Notes: a model not told the origin generated them from the sequence alone. Positions 36,556-50,265 are shown, counted from the whole stretch's first letter. The stretch: DNA of 60,521 bases, filler included, from Asterionella formosa (GCA_002256025.1; 12 parts of 12 records of this genome joined end to end with filler, not necessarily neighbours in it); one strand, 5' to 3'. Made by a program: numbers and translations.

Positions 36556-37619
36556 TCATTCCTCATTCTTTTTCTTGTCCTCATACTCAGCCAAGATCCA
36601 AAGTGCTGCACAACCATAGAGTAGAACATCAGCATTGGTTAAATGAGTCTTCATTGCAGACAGAATCATAGTGATACTTCCTGCATAGTGTTGCACATCC
36701 ACATTGGAAGAATGAGTCTTCATCAAGATTGTAGTGATACCTCCTGCTTCAGCAATTGTCACCTTGTTGTTGTCATTATTGTAAGGCAAGACAAAAAGTG
36801 CTCTACAACCAGCTTCTTGCACTTCAGCTTTTGATAAATGAGTCTTCATTGCAATCAGAATCATCGCAATACCTCCTGCATCAGCAATCATCACCCTGTT
36901 TTTGTCATTATTGTAAGACAAGACAAAAATTGTTCCACAACAAACTTCTTGCACAAAAAGATTGGATGAATGAGTCATCATTGCTGACAGAATCAAAGTT
37001 ATACCTCCTTCTTCATCACAAACACAATTGTACTGATACCTCCTGCTGCAGCAATCATCACCTTGTTGTTTTCATTATTATCAGTCAAGTTCGAAAGTGC
37101 TGCACAACAAAGGTATTGAACTTTAGAATTGAATGAACGAGTTTTCATCGCAGACAGAATTTTAGTGATACCTTCTGCTTTAGCAATTGTCACCTTGTTG
37201 TTGTCATTATTGTAAGACAAGACAATATGTGCTCTACAACCAGCTTCTTGCGCAAAAAATTGGATGAATGAGTCTTCATCGCAGACAGAATCAAAATTAT
37301 ACCTCCCTCTTCAGCAATCGTCACCCTGTTCTTGTCATTATTAACAGCCAAGTTGCTAAGTGCACCACAACCATACTCTTGCACATCATCATTGGAGGAA
37401 TGAGTCTTCATTGCAAACAGAATTGTAGTGATACCTTTTGCTTCAGCAATTGCCACCCTGTTCTTTTCATTCAAAGCCAAGTTCTGAAGTGCTGCACATC
37501 CATAGTGTTGCATATTGATATTAAATGGAAGACTTTCCATCCGAGACACAATCATTGCAGTACCTCCTTCATCATTAATCATCACCTGGTGGTTGTTGTC
37601 ATTCTCAGCCAACTTCCAA
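36556..37619 (-). pseudogene. Frameshifted second array of armadillo repeats downstream of the kinase-ARM gene
   Basis: 37026-37619 is nearly identical to 38010-38601; 36556-37020 holds further ARM units not identical to those in the main gene; 1-bp and larger indels. Confidence 0.9.
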
Positions 37620-37793
37620 CAACAATGTGATGATTGTTAAAGAAGATCATATAGAGAAAGCTATCAATGTTTAGAAAATATGATCCTACTTAGACTTTTC
37701 TTTCTTTTCTACGATAATACAATTTGTAATAGATACAAAAAATATTAATCAATCCTCATAAATAAAACCATATTGACTACTTCCCATGTTGGG

Positions 37794-40362
37794 TCAATAT
37801 GGTTGAAGGATACGTAATGCTTCATGGCCTTTTTCAATGACACCAACATTGGAGGAGTGATTTCGAATAGCAGATTTAATTGCATCTTCTCCACCAGCAT
37901 TGGTAATCATCACCTTGTTGTTGTCATTATTAGTAGCCAACTTCATAAGTGCTGCACAACCACAGAATTGCACAGAAGCATTGGAGGAATGGTTATTCAT
38001 TGCAGATAGAATTGTACTGATACCTCCTGCTGCAGCAATCATCACCTTGTTGTTTTCATTATTATCAGCCAAGTTCGAAAGTGCTGCACAACAAAGGTAT
38101 TGAACTTTAGAATTGAATGAATGAGTTTTCATCGCAGACAGAATTGTAGTGATACCTTCTGCTTCAGCAATTGTCACCTTGTTGTTGTCATTATTGGAAG
38201 ACAAGACAATAAGTGCTCTACAACCAGCTTCTTGCGCAAAAAAATTGGATGAATGAGTCTTCATTGCAGACAGAATCAAAGTTATACCTCCCTCTTCAGT
38301 AATCGTCACCCTGTTCTTGTCATTATTAACAGCCAAGTTGCTAAGTGCACCACAACCATACTCTTGCACATCATCATTGGAGGAATGAGTCTTCATTGCA
38401 AACAGAATTGTAGTGATACCTTTTGCTTCAGCAATTGCCACCCTGTTCTTTTCATTCAAAGCCAAGTTCTGAAGTGCTGCACATCCATAGTGTTGCATAT
38501 TGATATTAAATGGAAGACTTTCCATCCGAGACACAATCATTGCAGTACCTCCTTCATCATTAATCATCACCTGGTTGTTGTCATTCTCAGCCAATTTCCA
38601 AAGTGCTGCACAACCATACTCTTGCACATCCGCCCTGGAGGAATGAGTTATCATAGCTTCAAGAATTGTAGTGATACCTCCTACTTTGGCAATTGCCATC
38701 CTGTTCTTGTCATAATTCACAGCCAAATTCTGAAGTGTTGCACAACCATTTTGTTGCACATCGGCATTACTCGGATGAGTCTTCATAGCAGAAAGAATCA
38801 TTGCGATACCTCCTGCATCAGCAATTGCCACGCCAACGTCCTGAAGTTTACTAATGATATCCGCCCAACAACGATGGCGCTCTTCTGGATTTCTCTTCAG
38901 CAACCTTATAAGCAGAGGTTTCATGGGATTCCAGTCATTGTTGTCCCGCACATAGGTATCGACCTTTTTAACATAATCTCTGTCACTCCAATTTACTATT
39001 TTGCTTAGCTCATCCAGCTCCACTTCTTCACGAACATCCATAACAAAAAGTTGTTTACCAGTGCAGAGATAATAAAGAAGGACTCCAAAGCACCACATGT
39101 CATATTGAGTACTGGCTTGAACTTTCGAAGGACTCTCACCATGTTCCTTGTTTAGCTTATGGTACTCAACAGCAGCCTGTTCGGGAGGCAAGTATCCAGA
39201 GCTTGTTTGCTTCTGACCAGCATCTTCCAAGCCAATTAATGCCGCATTGTCAAGATCGATTGCAGCATATCCAACACCCTCAACACAAGACACAAAATTT
39301 CGAGCCTTCACATCTCCGTGCATAACATTACACTCTTCATTAAGAAACTTAAGGCACTTGGCAATTTGGATTGCAATGTAACGCACTGCATGCACGTCCT
39401 TGCCTGCAATGTTTTGATGTGATATAACATCACTGAGGTCATTCTTATTCCAACAATCCATGACTAGGAGATGATTGAATTCAATGTCTCCTTGTTTCCA
39501 TTCGATTGTCTGGTTACATTCAAACTTAGTATGCGGATAAGCAGATGCATTCAGCCCTTTCTTGCTGTCTGTATATGCAGCTCTCACAGCAATTACAAAT
39601 TGGGTTGCACCAACTTTGCTCCTGATCAAGTCCCGCTTTTCCAATTCACGCAGGAAGGCGGAACTGTGTTTGAAGAATTTGAAAGCTACATTGGTTTCTT
39701 TCCTGTTTTCAGATTTATCTTTAAATTCTGTTCCAAAATAAACGACACAGCTATCTGACAAATGCTTCTTCTCCTGTATTTGATATTTTCCAAGAAAACT
39801 TCCGTATTTCTCACCCCACTCTCTGAGCTTGGGATGCGTGGACAACTTTGCCCTATCAGCAACCTTTTGCCATGTTTCTTTTTTAACTTGAGCAATGGAC
39901 TGAAACGACGCTACTTTCGTTGCGATATGATTATTAATGGAGATTTCCAGCTGATCCTGTTCTTCGGACCCTCTCAGCTGTTCCTCTATCTGGAAGAATA
40001 TATTGGCCGCATCAGCCGTTCCAAGATCCACCAAGATTTCCAAAACAGTCCAGTTAGTTATTGGTTCATGATTCAAATCGAGGAGTGGGAGAGTCCTGCT
40101 TCGATCAAATTCATTGATGGCGAGCACCCAAAAAAAAAGCCCAGCCGCTCTGGAACAAAGAAATAGCTCAGCCCATCTGAAACTTTCTCAGCTTGAGGTG
40201 TGTCTAGCATGCACAATTGCTTGAGGTCCCCAACATCATTGAGGGATGCACACAAAAGCCGCAAAACCTTATACCAAATTTCAATAGGAATCAACAGTTT
40301 CTTTTGCAACTCGTACTGTTCGAAAGACAGATTGCCATCTCCAAAATCAAGGGTTGCATATT
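37794..40362 (-). CDS. Ser/Thr protein kinase with about 8 C-terminal armadillo repeats; 5' end lies beyond the contig; apparent frameshift at the A-run near 40130-40138
   Basis: VAFKFF, HGDVKARN, IDLD, SSGYLPPE, DMWCFGVLLY; ~43-aa repeats GGITTILSAMKTHSSNxxVQEYGCxALxNLA; overlapping upstream ORF 40073-40309 in another frame. Confidence 0.9.
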
Positions 40363-40462
40363 NNNNNNNNNNNNNNNNNNNNNNNNNNNNNNNNNNNNNN
40401 NNNNNNTTAATTAATTAANNNNNNNNNNNNNNNNNNNNNNNNNNNNNNNNNNNNNNNNNNNN

Positions 40463-41050
40463 CAGCTTCACAGAGTTAAGAAACCAGCCAACTGGTGGGG
40501 ACCCAACATGCCCTGCTGAGGTGAGATACACCAAACAAATCTTTCGAAGAATCAAGCAATGAGAAGACACAAGTGCTGAGACTGACTCCGCTGATCTTGG
40601 AATAGAGATCAAACAAGATGAGCCCAATTTTGATAATGATTTTATAGCGATTTCTGGGGAGAGTGGAGGCAATGGTGGAGCAAGCAACATCTGCTGCTTA
40701 TGCTAATTTCTCTGGTTCAAGATTTCCTTGACCTACTATGGTGTCCCCTTGATTTAGAGATAAGGCAGTGTCAAGCAATACTGGGCCTATTGAGAAAGTG
40801 CTTTCTCTTCTGTCGATGCAGTTGCTTCAAAGGCTACTAGAACTGATACTGATAACCTGCAGCAACAACTACAGAAACAGAATATGATGAACATGATGAT
40901 GATGTCAATCCTGGCATCATTGTTGAATGATGGTGTACCTCAAACAACCACCTTCAATGACAGTGCTGATCCCATTCAGGCAATGATGAGTTCAATTATT
41001 GCTTTGAACATGATTTCAATGCAGCAAACAATTCAAAACCAAAAATAACC
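40463..41050 (+). pseudogene. Accessory gene (DUF6818-like) of a PHIS/Harbinger element, degraded
   Basis: RVKKPANW/GDPTCPAEVRYTKQI resembles the KPTGDPxCPxEVRxAKxI motif; M/Q-rich tail; convergent with the transposase. Confidence 0.6.
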
Positions 41051-41224
41051 TCAAGAGCAAGTTCCAATGCACAACAAACTTCATCTGCCTCAACTCAATG
41101 TCAAACACCAAAAACTAACAGTGGAAGCAGTAGTGATGGTAAATAAATGAATAACCTTAAATTAATTCATTCTAATATAAAATAAAAGATGTGATGGTAA
41201 ATAATCATGAATAAATAAATTCTA

Positions 41225-42425
41225 TGAATTACATGGCATTTTTATCAGCATTCCTATGCAAATAGGGCATATACACTGCTGAAGCAATCCGGTTCTGACA
41301 AACTTTGCTGGCACAAAAGTTGTAGAGCAATCAATAATTTGGATTATTAACGAAATTTGTCTTTGATTCTCAGAAATGATATCTGAAAGCATCGCATTTC
41401 CCATTCAGACAGCTGTCAGATTGAGGTGGCTTGGCGATTCACATCAAATCTTTGTTGAGGATTACTAATTACGACATCAACATTATTTTGATGCGATTTC
41501 AACAGTGCATTTGATTTCTTAGATGCAAATGCTGAATCCACAACTACTTTTTACCTGTATCCCTGTAAACTGTTTCATTCTGATCATAGATCGATGACCA
41601 AATTGCCATGATGAGTGAAGCAATGGAGAACACCAGGTGCATTGAAATATGAGCAGCAAATTTTGCCATAAGGCAAAAAAAGCAACATGTTTGTCACATA
41701 GTGTTATTGATTTATGAGTCCTTCCATTGCAGAATTTGTTCTGCTGTGTTTCATTTCCACCTCGTTGCAAGGCCAGTTTTATAACATCCATTGCTCCCAA
41801 AAAATTTGACATAACTGGGTATTTCTGATTGATCATGGTTGCAAGCAAAAAAGGGAGCTCCATTTGCAGTAGGCAGTCTCACAATGGTATCTTTATGTGT
41901 CAGCAGTACGTTTAAAACCATTCGCCTTGACAACCTCAACCAAACACTCAAAGAACCATGTGTCAAGCCAAAAATTATTTGAAGAATCATATAGGAACAA
42001 CGAGTCCTGGCACATGCTAATCCAAGCGCTAGACAACTGATGGAACAGAGGTATCTTTGCCGACCTTTCTTTGTTGTTGAATTTCTAACTATGAAATCCG
42101 TATTTTTCCTACAGGGAGTCAAGGAATCAAAACAAGGTTTGAACAGATGGTGTAGGAGCTCGAAAGAAGAATGGTCAACCCACACAAGGTTATTAGAGCA
42201 TCATCATGCTTGCTGTTGAACAAAGTCCAGAATGGACTTGACACTGGATGCTGTAGTGCATGGTGACAGATGTTGGCACTTCTTCTTCTGACCTGTCAAA
42301 CTTTCCCTGAACAATGGCGTCTTATTTACTGGTGAATATCACACTGCTAACAGTAGCAATGTGATTATAATGTCATCATCATCATCATCATCATCATCAT
42401 CAGGAGATGAGAGGAAAGTCGTCAT
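41225..42425 (-). mobile_element. Degraded PIF/Harbinger-group (PHIS) DDE transposase
   Basis: SPFWTLFNSKHDDALITLCG, KKGRQRYL...CLALGL..ARTR....LQIIFGLT..SLSVWLR, KYPVMSNFLGAMD(V)IKL, QNKFCNGRTH; several frameshifts. Confidence 0.8.
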
Positions 42426-42479
42426 GGTCAGTGACTGACAATGATGAATATATGGAGCTCATGCATATAATGAACAAGA

Positions 42480-42683
42480 GGCGGCATAGCATACAAAAGG
42501 ATGCATCGATATGAAAATTTAACTAGTAAAAATCAAAGTTAAAAATATATCTAATGTCAAATAAGTAATCTAAAATATCTCTATTATCAGAGCGCAAGGG
42601 CGATATTATGAAGCAAATCAATAAAATAATTTGTGTTATAATACACACATGATATAATAAATTTTTATTGTCAGAGCGCGCCC
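42480..42683. mobile_element. Terminal region/TIR of the PHIS element
   Basis: Ends TGATATAATAAATTTTTATTGTCAGAGCGCGCCC|AAT; matches 54910-54943 and 29400-29598. Confidence 0.8.
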
Positions 42684-43521
42684 AATGATGATACACCATC
42701 CTCGCCAATACTTACAATACACGAAGGTTTTTACTATATGGAAATCATAGCTAAATTTCTCATTTACCGCAACTTGCCCTGGTAACTCGGGGAGCTGCGG
42801 TAGAAGACGTTTTTACCATAAGGAAAACAAAGCAAAACTAATCAGTTACCGCAACCTCCTCTGTTCTGGTACCAGGGTACTCCCTTTGGTTGAAAATAGT
42901 TGCGTCAAATCGCTGGCACCACTAGTGCCTCTACCGTTCCCATAGGACCGATTACGTAGACGACATACCAATTTTCTACGTCAGGGTCAACTTACTCGAA
43001 AAATGCGTTAGTTATTAGTTACATAGACGTGAACTGTAATTAAATTATTAGCATTTAATTAAATTATCCGAAACCAATTTAACATACGTATATTAATTGT
43101 GCACATGTACATATTGCCAAATGCCTTTTTACATTGGCCAGCCACTCAAATATTTGTGGGAAGCAATCCGAATACAACAAGCCACTATTATAATCATTAA
43201 TTGAATAGAATAACTATCATTTGGTATAAGTTCTACGGTTGTTGCACTTACATGGACCATACCGTCGGATATTTACCAGTGATTTCCTCAAAACGAGCAT
43301 ACCGTCATTTTTTTTTTCCCATCATTGCCCCTTTCAGGGTCGCGCATTCCATAGTAATTGAACGCAAGCTGCCGTTTTTCTACTGTTATATCGTACTTTT
43401 CATGCATGTTGAGAATAAATGGTTCGAAGAAATATGGGACCTCGTGCATCTGGGAGTTGACAGAAACTCCAAAGTACAAAAAGTCATGTGCAAAACCTGT
43501 GTTTAATCTAAAATCAACCTC

Positions 43522-43705
43522 GTATCACATTTTCCAAAAAGAACGCGAAGGTTGCTAAAGACTGCAAAAGTACGCAAAAGAATGCGAAGTTCGCAAAAGA
43601 CCGCATAAAAACGTCGTATCTCCGGATATTCTCGTTCTTTTGCTACCTTTTGCAGTTTTTAAGGTCTTTTGCGGTCTTTTCGTTCGAACTTTCTCAGTGT
43701 GATAC
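43522..43705. mobile_element. MITE-like ~185-bp foldback
   Basis: GTATCACA...TGTGATAC ends; internal GCAAAAG motifs on the left mirrored by CTTTTGC motifs on the right. Confidence 0.55.
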
Positions 43706-44130
43706 TACCAGGGACATCCGAAAAACGTACATAAAACCGTTTAACAGCAATACTTTGGGCGGGGTTAAATATTATTACCAAATCATACAGAACTTAATCT
43801 ATACATAAAGAGCGCGTCATGCAAGGGCAGGCACACTTCCGTGGGCGGAGGCTTGTTGGCTTGTGCTCGTGACCCTTGCTGTTTAAGTTAAAAGTGAATA
43901 ATCATTTGGTGCTTAAGTTAAAAGTAAATGAGCGTCTGGTACTTAAGGCCAGTGCTAACAGCGGACAAAAACGCCAACCAAACAGTGTTTCGGTCTCTGT
44001 AACCCTAAAATGCGATGATAACGGGAGTGAAAATCCCAATGCAAACGCGTTGTTTGTATTAGCTACTCGTAGGAGATATATCCTGGAAATTCCGGGAAAG
44101 TCTGAATATTGGCAATTTTTTCTAACCAGA

Positions 44131-44305
44131 AAGTATGATCTGTAATTCATTAAGTTTGATTCATATATCCTACATGTTTAATCAAAGCATATTTATCATA
44201 TGTCAAACGAAGTCAATTAAAGGCCTATGAGAAAATGAATCATCTAATTATTATATAATTTGTCCCATATGTAATTTTTGTTTGACTCCCGCTAATTGAG
44301 GGGCT
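44131..44305 (+). repeat. Second copy of the ...ACTCCCGCTAATTGAGGGGC terminus
   Basis: Collinear with 26834-26990. Confidence 0.8.
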
Positions 44306-44394
44306 GATATTTTTTATTAGTAGACGATCCTACCACCCCCTTATTGGCCGAAGCTAAAAACCAACATGGTTCACAACAAATGATCCCACCCCTT

Positions 44395-44541
44395 GATACC
44401 AATTTGGATCCAAATTGGTAGCAACATTTCAGACCTTATCACTAATGCCACCAATAGATACCAGTTTGGAAACCTGATTGGTACTAGTAAAAATAAGATC
44501 GATACCAATTTGGATCCAAATTGGTAGCAACATTTCAGACC
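44395..44541. repeat. Two copies of a 41-bp unit containing a perfect 24-bp palindrome, with a degenerate copy between them
   Basis: TACCAATTTGGATCCAAATTGGTA at 44397-44420 and 44503-44526. Confidence 0.9.
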
Positions 44542-47229
44542 CTATCCCTATGGCTGGGTGCAATTTCTGGGGCCACAAGATAGGCCCCGTAGGCCTAGTA
44601 TTAGCAAAACCCCTGACCCTATGTTTATAATATTTCACACCTAAAAGCTTGTTAAAATCATATTGACCATGTCTGTATTATTCTGTTGGTTTACTCAACA
44701 ATTTTACAACCTCCCGCGCCGCTTGATTTATCAAAATAACCACCATGATCAGCGCTATCAGTCAGTAAACGCATCAAGCGGCGCGGGGGCACACAATTTC
44801 GTTTATATATGACCTATTTAGTGTTAAGCATGGCAAATCCACGCCTACATGATCAACCAATTCACGTGCAGAAGCTCTTGAGCTTGACAGTGGGCTATCT
44901 GGAGTTGAAACTGTACAGGAATGCCTCAAATACGGTCCCATAGCAGTTATAATTAAGCTACTACTACAACGATTTCACAACCATCGCTGTGCAATGGACT
45001 TCTATTTCAATTTCATCATGAATGAACTCAGCCATGACAACAACAAGATTGAATAAAAAAATTATTTAAATGTATACATAACATTTATTCACATGTATGT
45101 TAATTATGTACAAAATTTTACTTAAGCTTAAATTATGTTGTACTTGGTAGCTATTGTGGCTAAGTAACGAAAGTATGAGTGATGTATGTACATATGATTA
45201 TTATTTCATTGCCGGTTATAGGACCGTTACCATGGAATATCATAAGATGATGTCAGCATTGGATATTTGGTTTTGAATCACATATACCGCCATCATTACC
45301 TGTGCCACCATCACTTCCGGCATATATAATATGTAGCTCACAATTTCTAATAAATACTTTAGGAATTAGTCGTCATTACAAACCTTCCGCTTCTACAAGT
45401 TAGAACNNNNNNNNNNNNNNNNNNNNNNNNNNNNNNNNNNNNNNNNNNNNTTAATTAATTAANNNNNNNNNNNNNNNNNNNNNNNNNNNNNNNNNNNNNN
45501 NNNNNNTACCACGTATTACGCGCCCTCCTTTCTGGTTCATCAGTCATTTCGCTCGTTCACACCATCATGTGTGCGTGATTGCCGGGCAATTAGTGCTGAT
45601 AATAATACGAATAATAGCTAGTACGGATGACTAACTGTTCCCAGATGGTGGTACCAGGTACCAGTAGAACTCCGTGGACTGGTACCAGGTACCATGCATT
45701 CCGTAGTATACACCTGATCATAGTATTTTTAGGTCCGGGTATGAGAAACGATTTTAAATCATGCAGACATGCTGCGTGCAGCAAGAATTGTACAGCCCGT
45801 TGGTCCTTCTTGATGGTACCTGGTACCAGGTACCAGTACCTGGTACGGAGTAACCGATTTTAAATTTATGTGTGGACTACATACATATTAACAGTACGAT
45901 ACATGTATTATATTCCTCCAACCATACCCGGAGGAAAAATAATTGATTTAATGAATACTGTATACATAAAAGACAATGCAGACCCGCGTATACAGCATAA
46001 CGGCATTTTGGAAATATTTAGCTATAATCGTTCTGCTATGCATATCATGCATGAATGAATGGATTTAAAAAAAGGGCCGACTTAGCTACGGTACCGAAAT
46101 AAAGTGGAAATAAATCCTGTATCTTAGGTAAGAGGCGACCGAGGGTGGAGACTGCCTGTGAGTCGGGGGTACCTGCAAGTTGCGATAATTTTGCTTATCT
46201 AAGAATTTAGCTTCCTTTATCCGAGATTAAATTGTTTATATAAGCAAAATGACCGCATCTGGTTGCTGTACCTACAATGCACAACCCTAAGGTAATACAG
46301 TCTACAAATAATTGTAAAACAGAAATTATAAGAATATAAGATAAGTTTGTAAACCCAGAGGTGAACCTCAATTCGAAAAGCCTCATTCGAGAAGCCAGAG
46401 AAGCTTCAATGAGAAGCCTCAAGTTCCAAACTCCTAATCTAATTAGTCAAATGAGTCGCAATAGTCAATAGACTCTCGCATGCAAGTTGCAGTAATTTTC
46501 CTGAGATGGTCAACGTGTTATCGGACAGCGACATATTTTATCATGTATACAGAACATCTTCTATTCATAGCATGATTCAGCGAAATAAACAGCGGAATTC
46601 TTCTAATTGCAAAAATTAGAACACACAGCATATGACTATGACTTTCAGGAAAACAATATGAATTTCAGGAAATGACTATGGCTTTCAAGAAACTTAACCT
46701 ATTTCTATAGATTGTATGTTGGATGCGAATTTACCAATTGACCTTCATGGAAAACATATTTTGTATATTTCATGTGCTCCATTTTTGGATTACCGGTACT
46801 CAATCCTGCAATTGCCCTTCTTTAAAAACATATTTTGTTCATTTCATATACTCCATTTTTTGACTGCCAAACTACCTTCAATGTTTTCAATAGCCCCCTG
46901 ATTTTATTGCCAAAATCCACGGCAGTTTATTTAAAGTAATTTGATTGCTGATATCTATATCCCCTCAATTGACTGCTGTTAACTTAAGGAAAATTGACTG
47001 CCGAAATTGGAAGAGAGTAGGATGAACCACGTGAAGGGGTGAAATGATGGTTTTCTGTAAAGTGTTATCGTCAATTCCATTACATTCATCCCTATTATCT
47101 TTCAGCATGTTCAGACTCATACAGACTGAGACTGCGTTAATTGATGAATCAAGTAACGATTCATGGATGTGGCTGGTTGTTGGATGATTCGACTTCTGGT
47201 GACACTTACTTGCCTGTCATGGTGGCGCC

Positions 47230-48735
47230 AAAATTTTGTTATTTTCGTCAGATATGATCAGCCATTAAATTTTAACTATAATTCTTTGTTATGTTTTCTA
47301 TGTGTCCTACACTAGCTAACTCAAATCAGATCTCGGCAGCAAGTTTTAGTGCTCAATTGTTGGCTTTTCTGTTGTTCAAAATAGCATTGTTTCTGTAGGC
47401 TGTTTAATCACAATTATTGTTATAACTACATTATCATAAATCGACAATGACAACGCGAACCAGAAGCCACATCTGGTACCCTAAAAGAGATATCAGCTTG
47501 AGTTGAGAAACACCACCCAGGAAGACAACAGGAATCATTGAACTGCTCTTGTTGTTGTGGTTGGTTCATTTTGATATGTTCTGTTGATTGTTGTTTGGTG
47601 GCTTCTATGAGAATTATGGTACTACCAATAATCAAACTATATTGTTTTCCACATAAAACATCTTGGCGATGATACATTTTACTCACATTCCAATTTTCCA
47701 AGGATCCAGCATCACATTTGTTCCTTCCGGCTATAGCTGCAATGTTTCTAATGTCTCAAATCAATTCCCAAGCAGTGGAACATTCTATTGATTGTTGAGT
47801 ATGCTTGTTTCCATTCATCTTCTCTGAACTCAATTTCTCTTGTAATTTGCTCCTGTTCACGTTGTCGAACAAAAATCGCCTATCGGATTTGTTCTTTCCA
47901 ATCAAAGCAGCAACTGAATGATTTCCAAAACAATATTGGAAACATTATGATCTACATCATTCACGCCAACAACATGACTTGTTATATACCATGCTCCAAT
48001 GCCACACCACACCAACGCAAGTGAAAAGACAGGCTGATTGTCATTTTAATTTTTTTTCTTCTCGAGTGATCCCTCCTGTGATTATGTAAAGTGACTCCAT
48101 CACTGCATGCAATCACATTTTCCACCATGATGTTTATCTTGATCCCATTCCTTGAAAATCCAGCATCCAAGCGTGTCTTCTTTCTCCTTCTCCTTAAATA
48201 TTCTTGCATCACTCTGCACTAACGCCACCAAAGTTTGCAATCGCGCCTGTGCTTCTTGCTTCCTCCACAACTACCACAAGTCACAATTCTTCCAGCATCA
48301 TTGCCTCCTGAGCCGGTTTAACTATCGGTTGCTGATTCTCCAGCCAGGCCTGATTGAATGTTTCATTTTTTCGCTTTGACGACATGAAAGAAGTGTAACT
48401 TGACAATTGTTGATGAACATGCATTGACAATTTTTCACATACGAATTTTCCACTAACTTAATTTCTTTTTTCATTGTTGCTTCTTAACTTTTGATTTCCG
48501 CTTCATACTTTGGTTGCTTAAAACCATCATCTCGAATCATTCTTGTTTGATTATTTTTCTTCACTCCGGCGTGCTTTTTGATGTGGCTGATGCATATCGA
48601 TATCAAAACTTACCAATGAAAAATATTGCCCCTAAATAAAAATTACTTTGAGATACCAACAATTACTTTGATACCCGTAGATATCATCGAAAAGCAAGAC
48701 AATAGCTAGGGTGGGGTGTGGGGATTGCTCCAGTA
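47230..48735 (-). repeat. ~1.5-kb dispersed repeat, copy 1, with a decayed DUF6824-like coding remnant
   Basis: Collinear with 58291-59860; the minus strand reads DVLCGK in both copies. Confidence 0.85.
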
Positions 48736-49296
48736 TCTTTATTGTTGGGATTCACATGCAACAATGCACGTAGTCAAAATTTTCCAGTTTTCCGGGTTTG
48801 TTGTTAAAGCTAAGCAAAACTTGTTTCTCTCGATTCCTGTCAATAAAAACCTATAGTACTTTTGAAGACAAGTTTATAGTAATCATCGGTCAAAATTGAT
48901 TTGATACCCCGAAAAATCAATTAACACGCATGACAAAGCTAGTGACTTTCTAACGACCATGGCGGTAACTTTATGACCACTACGGATCTAAAAACAACCT
49001 TTAAAGGCAACAGGCCTGTCTATTTGGATTCATTGGAGATTATGTACGACTGTTACAGTAAGTGAGTGAGTTTTTCAATACAAAAATAGGGACAATATAT
49101 TGGGACCAGATTTACTAGCTTCGTTGTGTAGTTTTTCATGTATCATGGTGTGACAGTAAGTCATGATAGTTGCTGTTGAAGCTGTACTATTTCTGGTCGA
49201 AAATCAAACAAACAATCCATTCACCAATGACATATAAAGGAGTAGTATTATGTTAACCATGTATTTCTTAATGAAATCGTAGAATTGATTATCATT

Positions 49297-49590
49297 TTGC
49301 CATGTGTTGGTTCTTGGCAGTGAGATCTTCTGGTACCATTGTGCTTGTTGGTAGTTGTTTTTGTGGGCATTTGTGTGTTTTGAAAACAGTCTTGTTCTTG
49401 ATTTCGTAGATTTTATTGCTGTTGCGGCGCTCATAATGCCTTGTGTTGGTTCTTGGCAGGGAGATCTTCTGGTAGTATCATTGTCACTTTGGTGCTTGCA
49501 TGCTTGTTGCTTCTTGCTGTGGGCGCTTGCTTGTTATCACTTATGTGTACTGAAAACAGTCCTTTTGTTCTTGATTTGTAGATGTTGTTC
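49297..49590. repeat. Diverged tandem duplication (~140-175-bp units)
   Basis: TGTGTTGGTTCTTGGCAG.GAGATCTTCTGGTA and TGAAAACAGTC..TTGTTCTTGATTT each occur twice. Confidence 0.8.
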
Positions 49591-50265
49591 GTTCCTGTTG
49601 TGGCACTTGTGATAACATTTGATGCTTTGTTGGGTGACATTTCCATTGTGGCACTGGTTCGTTGTTGGATGAAGAGGGTGCTTTCAACCAATTGATTGTC
49701 ATTTCCACTACTAGCTACATTCAAATACAGACAACTCTTCGATTTATTTCTGTAAAATGGTAACATTCATTGCACGATGTTAGCATACTTCGAGGTCAAC
49801 AGCCCTGAGGAAAAGCGGAGCAAAAACCCATCCCAGTTAGCAGTACTAGCTAGAGTAATTTTTGATTGAATCAAGCTCACTAATGTGACAATTCATCTAA
49901 ACATTGCAAAGAAGTTAGAAAATTCTTTTCACAACCAAAATTAATTACCCTTTTAGTTGTATCTAGTTTGAAGCACATCATGTTGCATGTGTTATGTGTC
50001 ATGTGGTATTCTCATGCTTCTTTGGCACGCCTCTCATGGAGCAATGAGCAAGGTTGCGTAGGGGGGGGATACTACATAACACAGTATTCACGCTGTTAGC
50101 ACGTATGTAATGCCAGACGTTTTACCGGTAGTAATATTTTTGTGTTCAAAGAGTCACTTCCCCTCGTAACCAATCCTACGTAGGCGGTCGGCGGAGTCGA
50201 TCTCGGATCGACAATTCCAACTCCTCCCGCCCTATCATTCCATCATCGGCATGTGAATTTGAAGA

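Noticed and set aside
36643..39008. Plus-strand His-rich ORFs (e.g. 38253-39008)
   Set aside because: Antisense shadows of the ARM repeats.
44395..44541. Palindromic repeats as a mini-CRISPR
   Set aside because: Only two exact units, a degenerate unit inside the spacer, and no cas genes.
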